A stretch of 64,000 nucleotides of DNA from Octopus vulgaris. Lineage: Eukaryota. Both the position numbers and the translations under genes were made by a program. Under the pieces are notes generated by a model that saw only the letters and a list, made by a program, of their open reading frames with translations, searched no databases and had not been told where the DNA came from. Positions 43,794 through 57,664 of the stretch are shown here, one piece after another. Position 1 is the stretch's first letter; every line of letters starts with the position of its first letter. The stretch is taken from positions 83,018,001 to 83,082,000 of the forward strand of contig OX597818.1 of NCBI GenBank assembly GCA_951406725.2. Reading direction: 5' to 3'.

Positions 43794-44256
43794 ATATTTA
43801 TATATATATATATAAATGTATGTATGAGATGCTAGAGAAGAAAAAGAATGAAAAGAAAGCAGAAAGCAGAAAGCAATACAATGTTGAAAAGGGGTATACA
43901 GTGTTTTAACCGAAAAAAAACTTCTTTCTATTTCATTCAAACTCGATGTTTGAAGTTAACGAGTTAACACGCAGAATTACATTAAACATTTTACATAGAT
44001 ATCCGGTATTAAACATCAGCAAAGGATGTAAGTTCGATTGCAATCAGATGCGAGATACAACTTATGTAATGAAGAATAATGTAAATATGCTAATTAACCG
44101 AGTAAACGTTCGTAAACTTGATGAGCATTAATTGCTAAAGAGATATTTATGATAATGAAAACGGAGGAAGACGAAAAGAGAGAGGAGGAGAAGTGGAAGG
44201 AGAAAAGAAAAAAATTTTGATGTTCATGATGATTGTGATAATGGTGATGATGATGT

Positions 44257-44295
<39 letters not shown>

Positions 44296-44344
44296 GGAGG
44301 AGGATGAGAAGGAGGGGGAAGAAGACGTTTACGATGATGATGAC

Positions 44345-44970
44345 ACGTCTGTCTTCATTTCTGAGTTAAAATTTTACCTAAGTCACCTTTGCCTTTCATT
44401 CTTTCCGGGTCAATAAAATAAGCACCAGGTAATTCCTGGGGTCGATGTAATCGACTTACTCTGTTCCCAAAATTTCAGGCCTCGTGCCTGTAGTAGAAAA
44501 TATTATTATTATTATCATTATTATTATTATTACTATTTCTATTATTGTTGTTGTTTTCACGTTCTGAGTTCAAATTCCGCCGAGTTTAACTTTACCTTTG
44601 ATCCTTTCGGGACTGATAAATGAAGTATCAGTGAAACACTGGGTCGATATAATCGACTAGTCCCTACCCCACAAATTTGAGGCATTGTGCCTCCAATAGA
44701 AAAGGTTATTATTATTATCATTATTATTATTATTATTATTATGATTATTATACAAGGACACGATCTGGCACGATCGTTAACACGGCGGGCGAAATGCCTG
44801 GCGGTTTTTCGGCTGTGTTTACGCTCTGAGCTCAAATTCCACCGAGGTCGACTTTGCCCTTCATCCTTCCGGAGGTCGATCATTTAAGTACCAGTTGCTT
44901 ACCGGGATCGATCTAATTGACTGACCACTTCCCGAAAAATTTCGGGCCTTGTGCCTTGAGTAGAAAAGGA
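44345..44970 (+). mobile_element. Three co-oriented group A SINEs (tail type B) separated by (ATT)n
   Basis: Cores at about 44385, 44580 and 44845; tails aaatttcaggcc..gtgcct..agtagaaaa. Confidence 0.85.
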
Positions 44971-44981
44971 ATGAGGTAAAG

Positions 44982-45329
44982 CAGGGTTTCTTAACCATTT
45001 TCTATCTATGGAAGTCTTCCATTACTATTTTATTCTGGTGGACTCCCATACCCATTCACTGAGTAAAAACTAGTTTTATAGATAGTTCTTTCAAAATTTC
45101 TATTTCGTTAGTTCTACATTAATTTGAGAGGTTGAACTATGTAAAACATTAGAGAAAGAAATCTATCCGTTACTTACAATATATAACAATATATACATCT
45201 AAAGCAAAATTTCTTCAGACACTCCCAAATAACTATTGTGGAACTCCAATTTTCTATTTTATTGTGTGAACCCTACGCAATCCTATATGGACCCTCAGTG
45301 GTCGTATGGACAATGGTTGAGAACAACTG
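44982..45329. mobile_element. hAT-type non-autonomous element (MITE)
   Basis: 15-bp imperfect TIRs cagggtttcttaacc / ggttgagaacaactg, subterminal tggac repeats; 8-bp TSD not preserved. Confidence 0.6.
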
Positions 45330-45772
45330 ATGGAACACGATTTTTTAAAGAACTGAAACTGTCCATGGGAACGGCCCCAATATGTCGCGATATCATCGGA
45401 ATATCGAGTAGATACCTTCTACTGGAGATGCCCTCTTTTTACGGGTTCTCAACGCTGTTTCAAAACTGGATATACTCTGTATTGCCGTAAATTATCTTTG
45501 ATCTACCTAATATAAAAATTTAGATTTATATAAAGAAAACATACTTCTCAGTGACGCAAAATGTGCTCCTCACTCTGTGAGCGATGCATCGGATGAAAGC
45601 AAGTGGGTGTTGCTGAAATAATTGCTGAGAATCAAAGAAAAATTTAAATGCGACAAAAACGACAGGCTCTGATCAACATTACATCATTTGTTTACGATTT
45701 ATCTTCAGCACAACTGGTAACGCCCATGATCTCTTATCCAGTCACATGTACATCTGACATATATATAAGCAA

Positions 45773-45808
<36 letters not shown>

Positions 45809-45898
45809 TCGGAAATAGATACATCGCGTAAAATTGAATAATAATAAATAATAATAATATATAATATAATATATATATTATACTATTTAATATTTATT

Positions 45899-45929
<31 letters not shown>

Positions 45930-45959
45930 GATATATACATACATATATATACATATATA

Positions 45960-46268
45960 AACAGTGGCTTGAGCATGAGGTTTACAAACGGGAGGTTGTG
46001 AGCTCGATTCCCGGACCGGATTGTGTGTTTTGTTCTTGAGCGAGACAGTTCATTTGACGTTGCTTCAATTCACTTGGCTGTAGAAATGAGTTGCGACGTC
46101 AAAAGTACCAAGACCTATTGGCCTTTGCTTTTCCCTTGGATAACATCAGTGGTGTGTAGGAGGAGGCTGGTATGCATGGGTGACTGCTGGTCTTCGATAA
46201 ACAACTTTGCCCGGCCTTGTGCCTTTCTATGCAGTCCCATGGTCCTATGTGAACGAAGGGGATCTTTA
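45960..46268 (+). mobile_element. Group B SINE with a third tail type
   Basis: B box gctcgattccc, central tgttcttgagcgagacagttcatttgacgttgcttcaattcacttggctgtagaaatgag. Confidence 0.75.
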
Positions 46269-46546
46269 CTCGATAACTGCAACGAACACAACATTAAAAG
46301 CAACCGGTATCGGTGCCATAGTAGACGTATACACACGGTAAGAATACATCATGTAGTGGAATTGTTTCTGGTCAAAATATTTTCGTTGACAACATAAAAC
46401 AAGCTTAGGAAGTTTCATCTTCGACAATTCCACAATATCTTGCCTTATTAAAGTTTATATACATTTGGTATGATGCACAGATCGTCCTCTTCATAAATAA
46501 ACACACTCTTATACATACACAGTGACATGCGTACATAAATATATAA

Positions 46547-46586
<40 letters not shown>

Positions 46587-46590
<4 letters not shown>

Positions 46591-46763
46591 GATCCAAACA
46601 TGAAAACACAAAGAGAAAACACAACAACGCGAGGACGTGGAACAAATATAGTATTATTGGACGCTCAGGAAGGAAGGGAAGAAGGCGGGTTTAACGTTAC
46701 GAGCGGAGCTCTTTGTCAGAAACATAGGAAAAGGAAAGATTCAGAGAAGGGAAGCCGGAGGAA
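46587..46763 (-). mobile_element. Short element end abutting (TA)n with a degenerate minimal hammerhead (46689-46723)
   Basis: rc: gttt CTGACAA a gagc tcc gctc GTAA cg TT aaac; all three helices intact, two core substitutions. Confidence 0.6.
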
Positions 46764-46889
46764 ATATACGTACATACATGCGTACAAACATACATACGTA
46801 CAGACATAGACGCACATACATACACCTTACATACACACATAATGCATACACTTGCACATAATACATATATGCCTACTTACAAGCTTATA

Positions 46890-47186
46890 CGCTTGAATCA
46901 CCTTCGAAGACGATGTGTGAGTTTTCAGCTTTTGCTGAACGACTTGCACAAACGATTCGTTTATAGCGATCTTATGTATTTGCTGTGCATTACTTCACTC
47001 CCGCCATCGAATCGACGTTACCGGAACAGGTGCACGTTGTGGATCAGAACAGGTTTCAAAGTGATCGCAGAGCAGCGCGAAATGAAGTGGTTTGTGTAAG
47101 ACCGCAACGCACCACCCGAACCAGTAACCGAACCCATGAGCACGTGATCGTGACTGCCAGACCCTAACCACTCGTCCATGTGTCTC
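46890..47186 (-). mobile_element. Group B SINE with a fourth tail type
   Basis: Head (rc) agacacatggacgagtggttagggtctggcagtcacgatcacgtg..ggttcggttact; central cacttcatttcgcgctgctctgcgatcac. Confidence 0.7.
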
Positions 47187-47452
47187 TGCATAGAGATATG
47201 CAATCATGCATGCATGCATACATACATGCACATGCTCGAAATACGAGACTACAAAAACAGCGAACAACCGATAAAGGGGCCTACTTTATGTTTTTTGTTT
47301 TGTTTTCCATGTGTCTTTCGTTGTTTGAAAGAATAGTTCAAATTTCATGTACTCGCGCTTAGTATTTGTTTGTTGTACACGTTTCGTGACGTCCTGTGCT
47401 TACATATGCATATATATGCGTATAGATATATGTACATGAATGAACGTATATA

Positions 47453-47492
<40 letters not shown>

Positions 47493-48044
47493 ATATATAT
47501 ATTATTAATATTATCATATGATTGAACACGCCAAGCATCCTCTTATCCTCTTCCAAGTAAGTTTTATCTACATACATACATAGATATGCATCCATGCACA
47601 TATACATAACATATGCGTACACATAGTTCACTGTATAGGCTTTGTACTATGGTGATTGTAACTTTTCATTTCAACTCACTTTCTCTGTATCATAGTCCCC
47701 GCTATCAGATATATATTCCTAAGATCTCCAGTGCCCAAGAAGAATGCACTACTGAAAATCCGCACGCAATATTCTAGATACAATAAAAACAGAAAATATT
47801 CCTACGGCACATAGCTAATAACTAGGTTTATCTGGCAACTTTCATTTACCTTCAGATTGTACAAAACTTTTCTGATTCCGACGCTCTTTTTAGCTTACAG
47901 CTTCGGATAAGCGACTTCACCTAAAGGCTAGTACCAAGCGATTAACTATCCATCCCTGTAAACTATATCATGTTACTATTGTATCTTTGCAATCCCTATT
48001 TTGATATAGCTCTTTAGACATCTGTGAGATGGTTGACTCGTAAG

Positions 48045-48682
48045 AGTCGTAGTCACGACGCGTAAATTGCTTAGTGGTATTTCATCTGTATAAGGCGGCG
48101 AGCTGGCAGAAAGGTTAGCACGCCGAGCGAAATGCGTAGCTGTATTTCGTCTGTCGTTACGTTGTGAGTTCAAATTCTGCCGAGGTAAACTTTGCCATTC
48201 ATCCTTTCGGGGTCGATAAATTAAGTACCAGTTACGCATTGGGGTCGATGTAATCGACTTAATACCTATGTCTGTCCTTGTTTGTCCTCTCTATGTTTAG
48301 CCCTTTGTGGGTAATAAAGAAATAGGTATTTCGTCTGCCGTTACGTTCTGAGTTCAAATTCCGCCGAGATCGACTTTGCCTTTCATCCGTTCGGGGTCGA
48401 TCAAATAAATACCAGTTACGCACTGGGATCGACGTAATCGACTTAATCCGTTTATCTGTCCTTGTTAGTCCCCTCTGTGTTTAGCACCTTGTGGGTAGTA
48501 ACGAAATTGGTATTTCATCCGTGTTTCCGTTCTCTGTTCAAATCCGCCGGTGGTCTACTCTTGCCTTTCATCACTTTCAGAGTCGATAAAATAAGTGCCT
48601 GATGATGACTGGAGTCGATGTAATCGATTTAACTCCTTTCGACGAAATTGCTGGCCTTGTGCCAGTATTTCCCGTTAGAAAA
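48045..48682 (+). mobile_element. Group A SINE dimer (48092-48508) nested in an older group A SINE
   Basis: Duplication ggtatttcatc.gt at 48076 and 48509; internal junction gaaatag|gtatttcgtc at 48325. Confidence 0.85.
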
Positions 48683-48814
48683 CGAAATCACACCGCAACA
48701 CTGGCGTCATATCACACATCACATAACATTTATCCTTTACTTTTATTCCTTTTTCCGTTCTTCATTCACGTCTTCCTTTGTCCTTTGTTTTATTTATCCA
48801 TCATTACGTTTTCT

Positions 48815-49510
48815 TTCATTCTTCTTCTTCTTCTTCTTCTTCTTCTTCTTCTTCTTCTTCTTCTTCTTCTTCTTCTTCCACTTCTTCCTCTTCTTCTTCT
48901 CCACTTCTTCTTCTTTTTTCTTTCTCTTCTTCTTCTTCTTCTTCTTCCACTTCTTCTTTTTCTTCTTCTTCTTCTTCTTCTTCTTCTTCTTCTTCTTCTT
49001 TTTCTTCTTCTTCTTCCACCACTAACCCCTAACCCCTATTTCTCCTCCTTCTCCCCATTTTCCTCCATCTCCTCCTCCTCCTTATTTTCCTCCTCCTTCT
49101 TCTTCCACCACTAACCCCTTTTCCACCTCCTCCTCCTCCTCCTCCTCATTCTTCTTCTTCTTCTTCTTCTTTTCTTCTCTTTCTTCTTCTTCTTCTTCTT
49201 GTTGCACTACTCCACCTTTTCCACTTCCTCCTTTTCCTCCACTTTTTACTTCTTTCTATGCTTCTTGTTCTATTTTTTTCTTCCACCCTCCTCATTTTCT
49301 TCCTTTTTCTTCTTTTTCTTCTTTTCTTCTTCCATCTTCCCCATCTTGTCTTCCATCTTCGTCCCCTCCTCCTCCTTACTCCTCCACCTCGATAATCCTC
49401 CCCTCCTCCTCCTCTTCCTCCTTCTCCCCTTCCTCCAACTTCTGCTTCTGCCTACTTCAACTTCTCCATAATTTTTTTTTTCTTTTTCTTCGTCCTCGTC
49501 CTCGTCGTTG
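48815..49510. repeat. (CTT)n/(CCT)n polypyrimidine block
   Basis: Directly visible. Confidence 0.95.
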
Positions 49511-49749
49511 TCATTTTTGTCGTGGTCGCCATCTTATTTCTCTTTATTTTCTACTGCCTGAAATATATTTTTCCTCTCATGCTTCTTTCTCCAACTCTCA
49601 TCCTCCTCCTCTTTCTTCATCACCTCCTACTCCCTTTCCTACCTCTACATCTTCATACGTCTTCTTAACATGTTAAAACTTATCTCTACATATCTATTTA
49701 TTTATGTTTTAAATTTTTGTTTTTCGACAAATATATTCCTTCCTATTCA

Positions 49750-49762
49750 TTTAAACACACAT

Positions 49763-49829
<67 letters not shown>

Positions 49830-50295
49830 TATACATACATATATATACATATATATACATATATATATACATATATCATATATATCATAAATATACATAT
49901 ATACGTAAAAAAAATATATATATAATATATATATGTATGTGAACACAAACGTAAATTTATATATGTGTGTGTGTATTTTTATTAATTTATTTATTTTACT
50001 AACGAGATCTTTCTACAAAGAATAAGAAATTGATTCTTTGAAGTCTTAGAGAAGAAGTTATAACAAAATATAAATGCAAACAACATTGTAAAGATAAAAG
50101 CAGATTAGAAAAAAAAAAATACTATAAGAAGACGAGTAGTAAAACATATTGAAAGTTCGTTTAATAAATAAATAAATAAATAAATAAATAAATACTTTTT
50201 ATTATATATATATTTCTTTGGTTAGGGAGAATGTTCAGTATATACCTATGCTTATGTAGTGCGACTGCGTATGTGTGAGTGTGTGTACACACGTA

Positions 50296-50331
<36 letters not shown>

Positions 50332-50418
50332 TGTGATTTTATACGCGTATACGTGTGTGGATATTTATATATATATATATGAATGCCAAGTATATATGTA
50401 TATGTGTGTGTGTTGGTC

Positions 50419-50465
<47 letters not shown>

Positions 50466-50749
50466 CATTTATTTATATATGTATGTATAAGTGGGTATAT
50501 TTGTGTAGCATGTATGAGTTGGATACACTTGTGCATTTGGGTGGGTCTGCATGCGTTTTACAGGGTTGGCTATGATTGTGCGACTACGGATTTATATGCA
50601 TTCAAGCATGTGTACGCGTGTGTGTGCGCTCATACACACATATATACATACATGCATGTGTGTGTGTGTGTGTGTGTGTTTAAGTTTTCCTATCAGTATG
50701 TTTAGTATATTTTCGAATGCGTGTTAGGGATCCTATGTTTAGGATGTGA

Positions 50750-50830
<81 letters not shown>

Positions 50831-51548
50831 CATATATATATACATATACATATACATACATATATATATACATACATATATATATGTATATATATGTATA
50901 TATATCTATAAACATACATATAAAAAAAAAATATATATGTATAAATATATATATATATACATATGAATATATAGAGACACACACACACACACAGACACTC
51001 GAGACTAAGGAAAAGGGAAAAAAATGAAGAAAAGAAACATCGCTTGAGTTGAAACTGTTGCTCTTCAAGATATCAACAGATTACTGTGCAGGAACCAGTA
51101 TATCATTGGTGAGGAATCTTTGGGCCATTTTGGTGATTTTTGCATTTGGCAGATTGTTATCTGTTCCTCATAATCATGAAAGCTTGTGTGAGCGTGTGTA
51201 TACAAATGTGAGTGCGTGTTTTTTGGGCTTGTGTGTATGTTTGTGTATGAGGTTGATTGCGTCCGTGTCTGTCTCTATATGTGTGTATGTAAGTATTCAT
51301 GTATGAATGTACGATTGCATGAATTTATGCTCATACCACATAAGCTTATGTGTGTATATATAACTGTGTGTGTTATCTTCGTGTGTCTATGTATGTGTAC
51401 GTATGTATGTAAGTATGCGTGTATGTATATATCATATGAATGTATATATATATATGTGTGTATAGATATACATATATATATATATATGTATGTATATCCA
51501 TATCTATATCTACATATACATACATACAAATATACATATATATATGTT

Positions 51549-51607
<59 letters not shown>

Positions 51608-51976
51608 TTGATGGTGTATAAATATGAATGTTATATATATATATATATGATATTATTATTTATACACCCACAAACATACACACACATGTATATACAAACA
51701 TAAATATATATATCCACATCTGTACATATGTGTGTGTATATATGTATGTATTCAAGTATGTATGTATATGTATGTGCGTCTATGTATGCATGTGTATGGA
51801 TATAGATGTATCCATACACATGCTTGAATATATGCATATACGCACATTCATGCATTGGAAGTAATGTTTATCTCGATATAAATACTTATATTCTGGTACG
51901 AATATTTGTGAATATTTATGTTTGCCCACACATATCTCCGCCAGTATTCAAACGCATGCATTTACACACACACACA

Positions 51977-52035
<59 letters not shown>

Positions 52036-52050
52036 ACACACACACTTACA
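49750..52050. repeat. Extended (TA)n/(TG)n/(CA)n low-complexity region
   Basis: Directly visible. Confidence 0.9.
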
Positions 52051-52744
52051 CACGTACCCACATATAAATGCAGTCACTCGCAAAGACACTCTTTTTAACG
52101 GAGTCGTAATCTTCTCAATTCATACGTATATACAAGCGCAATGCACGCACAAACCACCGAAACATTTATATAATTTTGATTCCAGGAGCGACCACGTATT
52201 ACTGAATTCTCTTTGATGAAAAATAGAACATAAATGGCTAAATGTGTTCGAGTGATATTTATCAGTACATTACATTTGAAGAATAAATCCAGCTTTTCCG
52301 TGTTACTGCAGCATCGGCGTCTGATTTTGTGGGAGTTGTAATAGATGATAGAGTTTGCTAGGTTTGTGCCGATTAAAGGATGCGATATGGCGACTGATAC
52401 TTTAAATGGGCGGCGATGCATATTAGCATGTAACCGCGCGTTTTATGTGGGGAACGATATAGCCATATGTTACGTAGGATCTGGTGCCAAGGTTCATTTG
52501 GCATAGTTGATAATGGTAGAATATATCTATCTATTGCTTTTAGTTATAATTTTAAGGTAGCCACTGTGGTTAGATTGAAGATACGAATATATCGTAAACT
52601 ACTAACAGTGATGTAATGATGGTACTTTGAAACAGAAGGCAGTGAATTTGTAGAATAATAAAAGCGTCAGATAGAAAGTCTTTTAGTCTTTGTTTTAAAT
52701 CTCTGCTATGTGTGTTCAGATCTCTTCGAGATTATAACTTTACA

Positions 52745-53046
52745 TTTTTTCTTTCAGTGAATAGACTGCGGCCATGTCAAGGAACCGCCTTGAAGACATT
52801 TACTAGAACGAATCAACCATAGTAATTATATTTTGTTTAGCCTTGTACATATTATATCATTCTCTTTTACTGAACCGCTACTTCACAGAGGCGTAAACAC
52901 AAGAGCACCGGTTGCCAAGCAGTGATAAGGGATAACCACAGTCACAAAGACACGGACAAACACACCCACGCACACTCAAACGCAAACACAACCATACACA
53001 AACACATACGCACACATACACTCAAACATACGCATAGACAGACAGA

Positions 53047-53081
<35 letters not shown>

Positions 53082-53225
53082 CACGCTTCTTTCAGTTTCC
53101 GTTTACTAAATCCCCTTAGAAAGTTTTAGTTGGCCCTGGAGTATAACAGAAGACACTAGCCCAAATTGCCACGCAGTGAGACTGAACTTGAGACCATGTG
53201 GGGTGAATAAAAATGTACCAATCAT
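52745..53225 (-). mobile_element. Group C SINE with internal (CA)/(TA) microsatellite
   Basis: tttcagtgaatagactgcggccatg tail; cttctttcagtttccgtttactaaatcc; gccacgcagtgagactgaac. Confidence 0.8.
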
Positions 53226-53795
53226 TACTGGGTTGATTCTTTTCTTTCTTTCCTCCTTTCTTTCTTCCGTTCTTTCTTTCTCTCTTCCCTCTCTCTCTCT
53301 CTTTCTCTCCTTCTCTCTCGCTATCTATCAATTTCTCTCGCATCCCTCTTTTTCACATGTATGTCACCTTCTGTCGCCACACTGTCATTACTCTACCATT
53401 ATACCACTACTACCACCATCGCTACCATTACACCATCACCACCATCCCTACACTAAAGCTACAACCACCATCTCACAACCCCTTACACCAACATTACATT
53501 TCTACTACTACAACCATCACATCGCTATCAAACCATCACCCTTACATCACACTACTACACCCACGCTTATCGTCATACCAAAACTATAACCCCACAACAA
53601 CATCCATCACTACCACCGCCCCAAAGGATTAAAGGAATAGTTAGATGAGGAAGGACAGCGTCCATCGCGTTTTTTAAAACTATAATTATTGAGTAAAGAA
53701 GTGAAGAAATTGAGATCCTCAAATCGTTGAACTAGGCCTTATGCTTGTAATATTGACCGATATCAATGAAATCTCTAAGCAGCGTTTTAAGTATA

Positions 53796-54026
53796 TATTT
53801 CTTTACTACCCACAAGGGGATAAACACAGAGGGGACAAACAAGGACAGACAAAGAGATTAAGTCGTTTACATCGACTCCATTGCGTAACTGGTACTTAAT
53901 TTCTCGACCCCGAAAGGATGAAAGGCAAAGTCGACCTTGGTGGAATTTGAACTTGCAGCGTAAAAACAGACGAAATAAGGCTAGTTTTTCGCCCGGCGTG
54001 CTAACGTTTCTGCCAGCTCGCCGCCT
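53796..54026 (-). mobile_element. Full-length group A SINE (tail A) with TSD taagtata
   Basis: taagtata flanks both ends (about 53788 and about 54027); complete head gccagctcgccgcc. Confidence 0.9.
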
Positions 54027-54209
54027 AAGTATAATACACAAGATTAGGTACACTTCATCTACCAATCTCATGAATGACCTGCTTGTCTTCGTTGAATCAA
54101 AAGAGCTTAGGACTGAGTGAAAATCATGGTAGGACATAGTAACTAAATCTGCCATGTGTTTACGCCTCTGTGATTTACCCACGTGATTATGTTCAAGGAA
54201 CTTGTGCAG

Positions 54210-54407
54210 CCACGTGGTCTCACTTACGGTCACAATGGTGCCCCGGGCAAGTGTATTCTACAATAATCTCGGAGTGACCAATGCCTTGTCAGAGGATTGA
54301 TAAAAAGTAATTGTGAAGAGACCCAATATATGCATGTATGTATGTATGTATGTATGTATGTATGTATGTATGTATGTATGTATGTATGTATGTATGTATG
54401 TATTTAT

Positions 54408-54454
<47 letters not shown>

Positions 54455-54625
54455 TACATATATGCGAGTGGTGAAAAATTTGCTACCCAACCACATGGTT
54501 CCGAGTTCAATACCCACTACGTGGCACCTTGGGAAGTTGTCTTCTATTATAGCCACGGGCCGGGCAAAAGCTTGTCAGTGGATTTGGTAGACGGAAACTG
54601 AAAAGAAGCCCAACGTATATATATG

Positions 54626-54670
<45 letters not shown>

Positions 54671-54840
54671 GTGAGTGTGTTTGTCCCCAATCATCGCTTG
54701 ACAACCAATGCTCGTGTGATTACTTCCCCGTAATCTAGCAGTTCGGCAAAAGAGAACGATAGAGTAAGTACTAGTCCTACAAAGAAAGTTCTGGAGTCGA
54801 TTTGTTCGACGAAAGGCGGTGCTTCAGCATAAAAGTATAA
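54210..54840 (+). mobile_element. Group C SINE fragment (54210-54325) plus near-complete copy (54465-54840)
   Basis: ccaaccacatggttccgagttcaatacccactacgtggcaccttggg..gtggatttggtagacggaaactg. Confidence 0.8.
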
Positions 54841-55125
54841 AAGAGTATATATTTGAGTTATAATGAGTGATTCGTAATTGTGACTTTATGGAGTTATGGA
54901 TATGATCTATACACTGCTCCTCCAATGGGTTCCAATATATCGCAAATACTTGATATTGTACCAATTCAAGAAGACACTAATCTTATTTTCCCTACGTAGG
55001 TGGAAATGTTAATGAAAGATTCATAGCGTAAAGCTACTTTGGAACTGAACAAATGATCAATAATATTTACTGAAATATGTCTTCAAGTCTTCTGTACGTA
55101 GAAGAAAAAATATTTGGTAGATGTA

Positions 55126-55691
55126 TTGGGTTGTCCGCAAAGTTCGTGCCAATTTTTAAAGGAAAGAAAAAGGTCAATAAATACTTGCCATTACATTTTT
55201 AATCAACGAAGTATGAACCATTGTGTTGCACAATGCGTCTCCATCTTTCCTTTAACTTGAAAATACCCTCTTACCAGAATTGAGGTGGTTTCATGGCAAA
55301 GAATTTATCAAGGTATCTTTTTACGTCATCCAAGGAATTGAAATTTTTACCATTAAGACTATTCTACAGAGACCTAAATAAATGGAAATCCGAAGGAGCA
55401 ATATCTGGTGAATATGGAGGGTGGGGTAACATATCCCAGCCGAGCTGCAGCAATTTTTGTCTGGTTCCCAAAGCATCAAGTGCTGACAATGAACTTTCTT
55501 ATCATCCATTTTAAAGAGTTACAGAATTAACACAGGTTATAGGAACATAAATATTCCTCTCCGAAAAGATAGCTTAAACTGTGCTCTAAATGGAGGTGTC
55601 GTCAAATCCTATTTTATGGACTCAACCATGTTCTAAAATTAGTTGAATGGTAAACTACTATAAATCGACACGAACCTTCCGGACAACCCAA
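55126..55691 (-). mobile_element. Internally deleted mariner (DD34D) with both TIRs and TA TSD
   Basis: TIRs ttgggttgtccgcaaagttcgtgccaattt / aaatcgacacgaaccttccggacaacccaa; rc LPHPPYSPDIAPSDFHLFRSL..ERWRRIVQHNGSYFVD*. Confidence 0.92.
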
Positions 55692-57126
55692 TATATGTAT
55701 AATTATGCACACATACCCATACAAGCATATTTATATATGTTTTCATTTTTGGATTACCTTATGTTTCAACATTACCGTATGTTTCAGTCGTTTACACTTT
55801 TCAAGTTTGTTAGAGCTCATGTAGGTAGGTCGCTGCTGTACAAGAGAAAAAGGACTCATGAGAACGACATAAATCGTAGGACACATCAGAATACGTAGGA
55901 TATCGTTTAGAGAGAGCCCCATTAGCACACACGGTGCGAAAATATAATCTGACTTCATAGCCACTAACTCAACAGAGATAAATATATGAAGGGATGGAAC
56001 TCATAAGCGTCACGTTGTCACAGAACCTTCATATACCAGATACAGTCAAGCAAGTTGCTGATTTCTAGAGCATTAAATGAGAGAGTTAACTACTGAGCGA
56101 CATACGCAGATAATTCGTCAAGAAATCTGCCATCATTCGGATTGGAGACCGTTAAGGAAAGACATACATATATACGTATAGTGAAATAAGGAGAGTTAAA
56201 CGGAAAGAGATGAGAGGCAGGGGTCAACGTCGATGAAGGTGGTTAGTGGTTATCTCCATCAACTTTGAGATATTGGCTGGGACTACGATAGGTCGATAGT
56301 TATCAGGATCAGAGCGGAGATATATATGTAGATAACTAGACAGAATGATGGAGTGACATAGTTCCACAAGCACACAAATAGACACACACACACACACACA
56401 CACACTCATGCATTTGCATATATGTGTGTTTGTGCGTGTGTATGAATGTATGTTTGTGTGTTTGCAGAAGGCACACAAACCCTCATATAAACATGCATAC
56501 GCAAACATTTTTCTATCAAAACACACATACGTTTATATATGAAATACACCAACAAACATACCAATATGCTCAGAAATATACATCGATAAATGTCATGACA
56601 AATACGTGTACAATTGCGATAAGATCAGCATTTGAATATATATGCCGAACTCGCCAGCGAAATAAAACTGTATTCCCACACATAGTCACTGCATCATAGC
56701 ATATTACTGCCGCTGTAGAACCTACAGTCCTACACAACGTTCTACTGAAAATAACACTTTCTGTACCAATGATTTATGTAGCGAATAAAATTTTCACATT
56801 TTACGTTGCTACCAAGTAATATAAATGTGATTCTGAAGACAATATATACAAACAAACGCATTAATATACACAATTATGCACATAGATACACATACACATA
56901 TTATGTACAAAAACACACATGCACACACGCCGCTTCACACACGTAGTAACAAGAATCATCAACACAATACTTGGGGCTGACTGTCAACGTTTCATAGTAA
57001 CAATGGAAACTTTGGGAAGGTCATTATATATGTATGCGTATATGTATGTGTTTGTATATATAAGAATGCCTGTATGTATGCATTTAGGTATATATTCAAA
57101 TATGCATGTATATATATTAAAAGGAT

Positions 57127-57181
<55 letters not shown>

Positions 57182-57314
57182 CATATATATAGTGATCTAT
57201 ATAAAACTGTATGCATAAATATGTGAGCTTATATGAATATACATCGCTTGTTTATATATTTGTATACATATATATGTGTGTATGTGAGAGAGAGAGACAG
57301 AGAGAAAGTGTGCA

Positions 57315-57354
<40 letters not shown>

Positions 57355-57664
57355 TTAGAGGAAGTGTGTTTGTGTATTGTGGTGTGTGTATCTCTCCAAA
57401 CATAGAGAAAGTTCCCACAAAAATTCGATGCAGGCAACATGCAGAGAGCTGTACCAGTTTCGCAACTGCAACCATTCTTGAAACAGCTGTAATCATTATG
57501 CCAACTCATGTTTTTCTATTATTTCTCAGGATGCTACCAGTGACGCCATACATATGTCTTGCAATTGATATCATATCATTACCCTAAGCTTCTTTTGTGC
57601 GTTATCCTAAAGTCTAGCTTTTTACCTCGCATCTATTAAGTACTATTCCAGAAATCTTACAGTA

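Noticed and set aside
49020-49040. taacccctaacccct, telomere-like
   Set aside because: Two imperfect units inside a pyrimidine tract.
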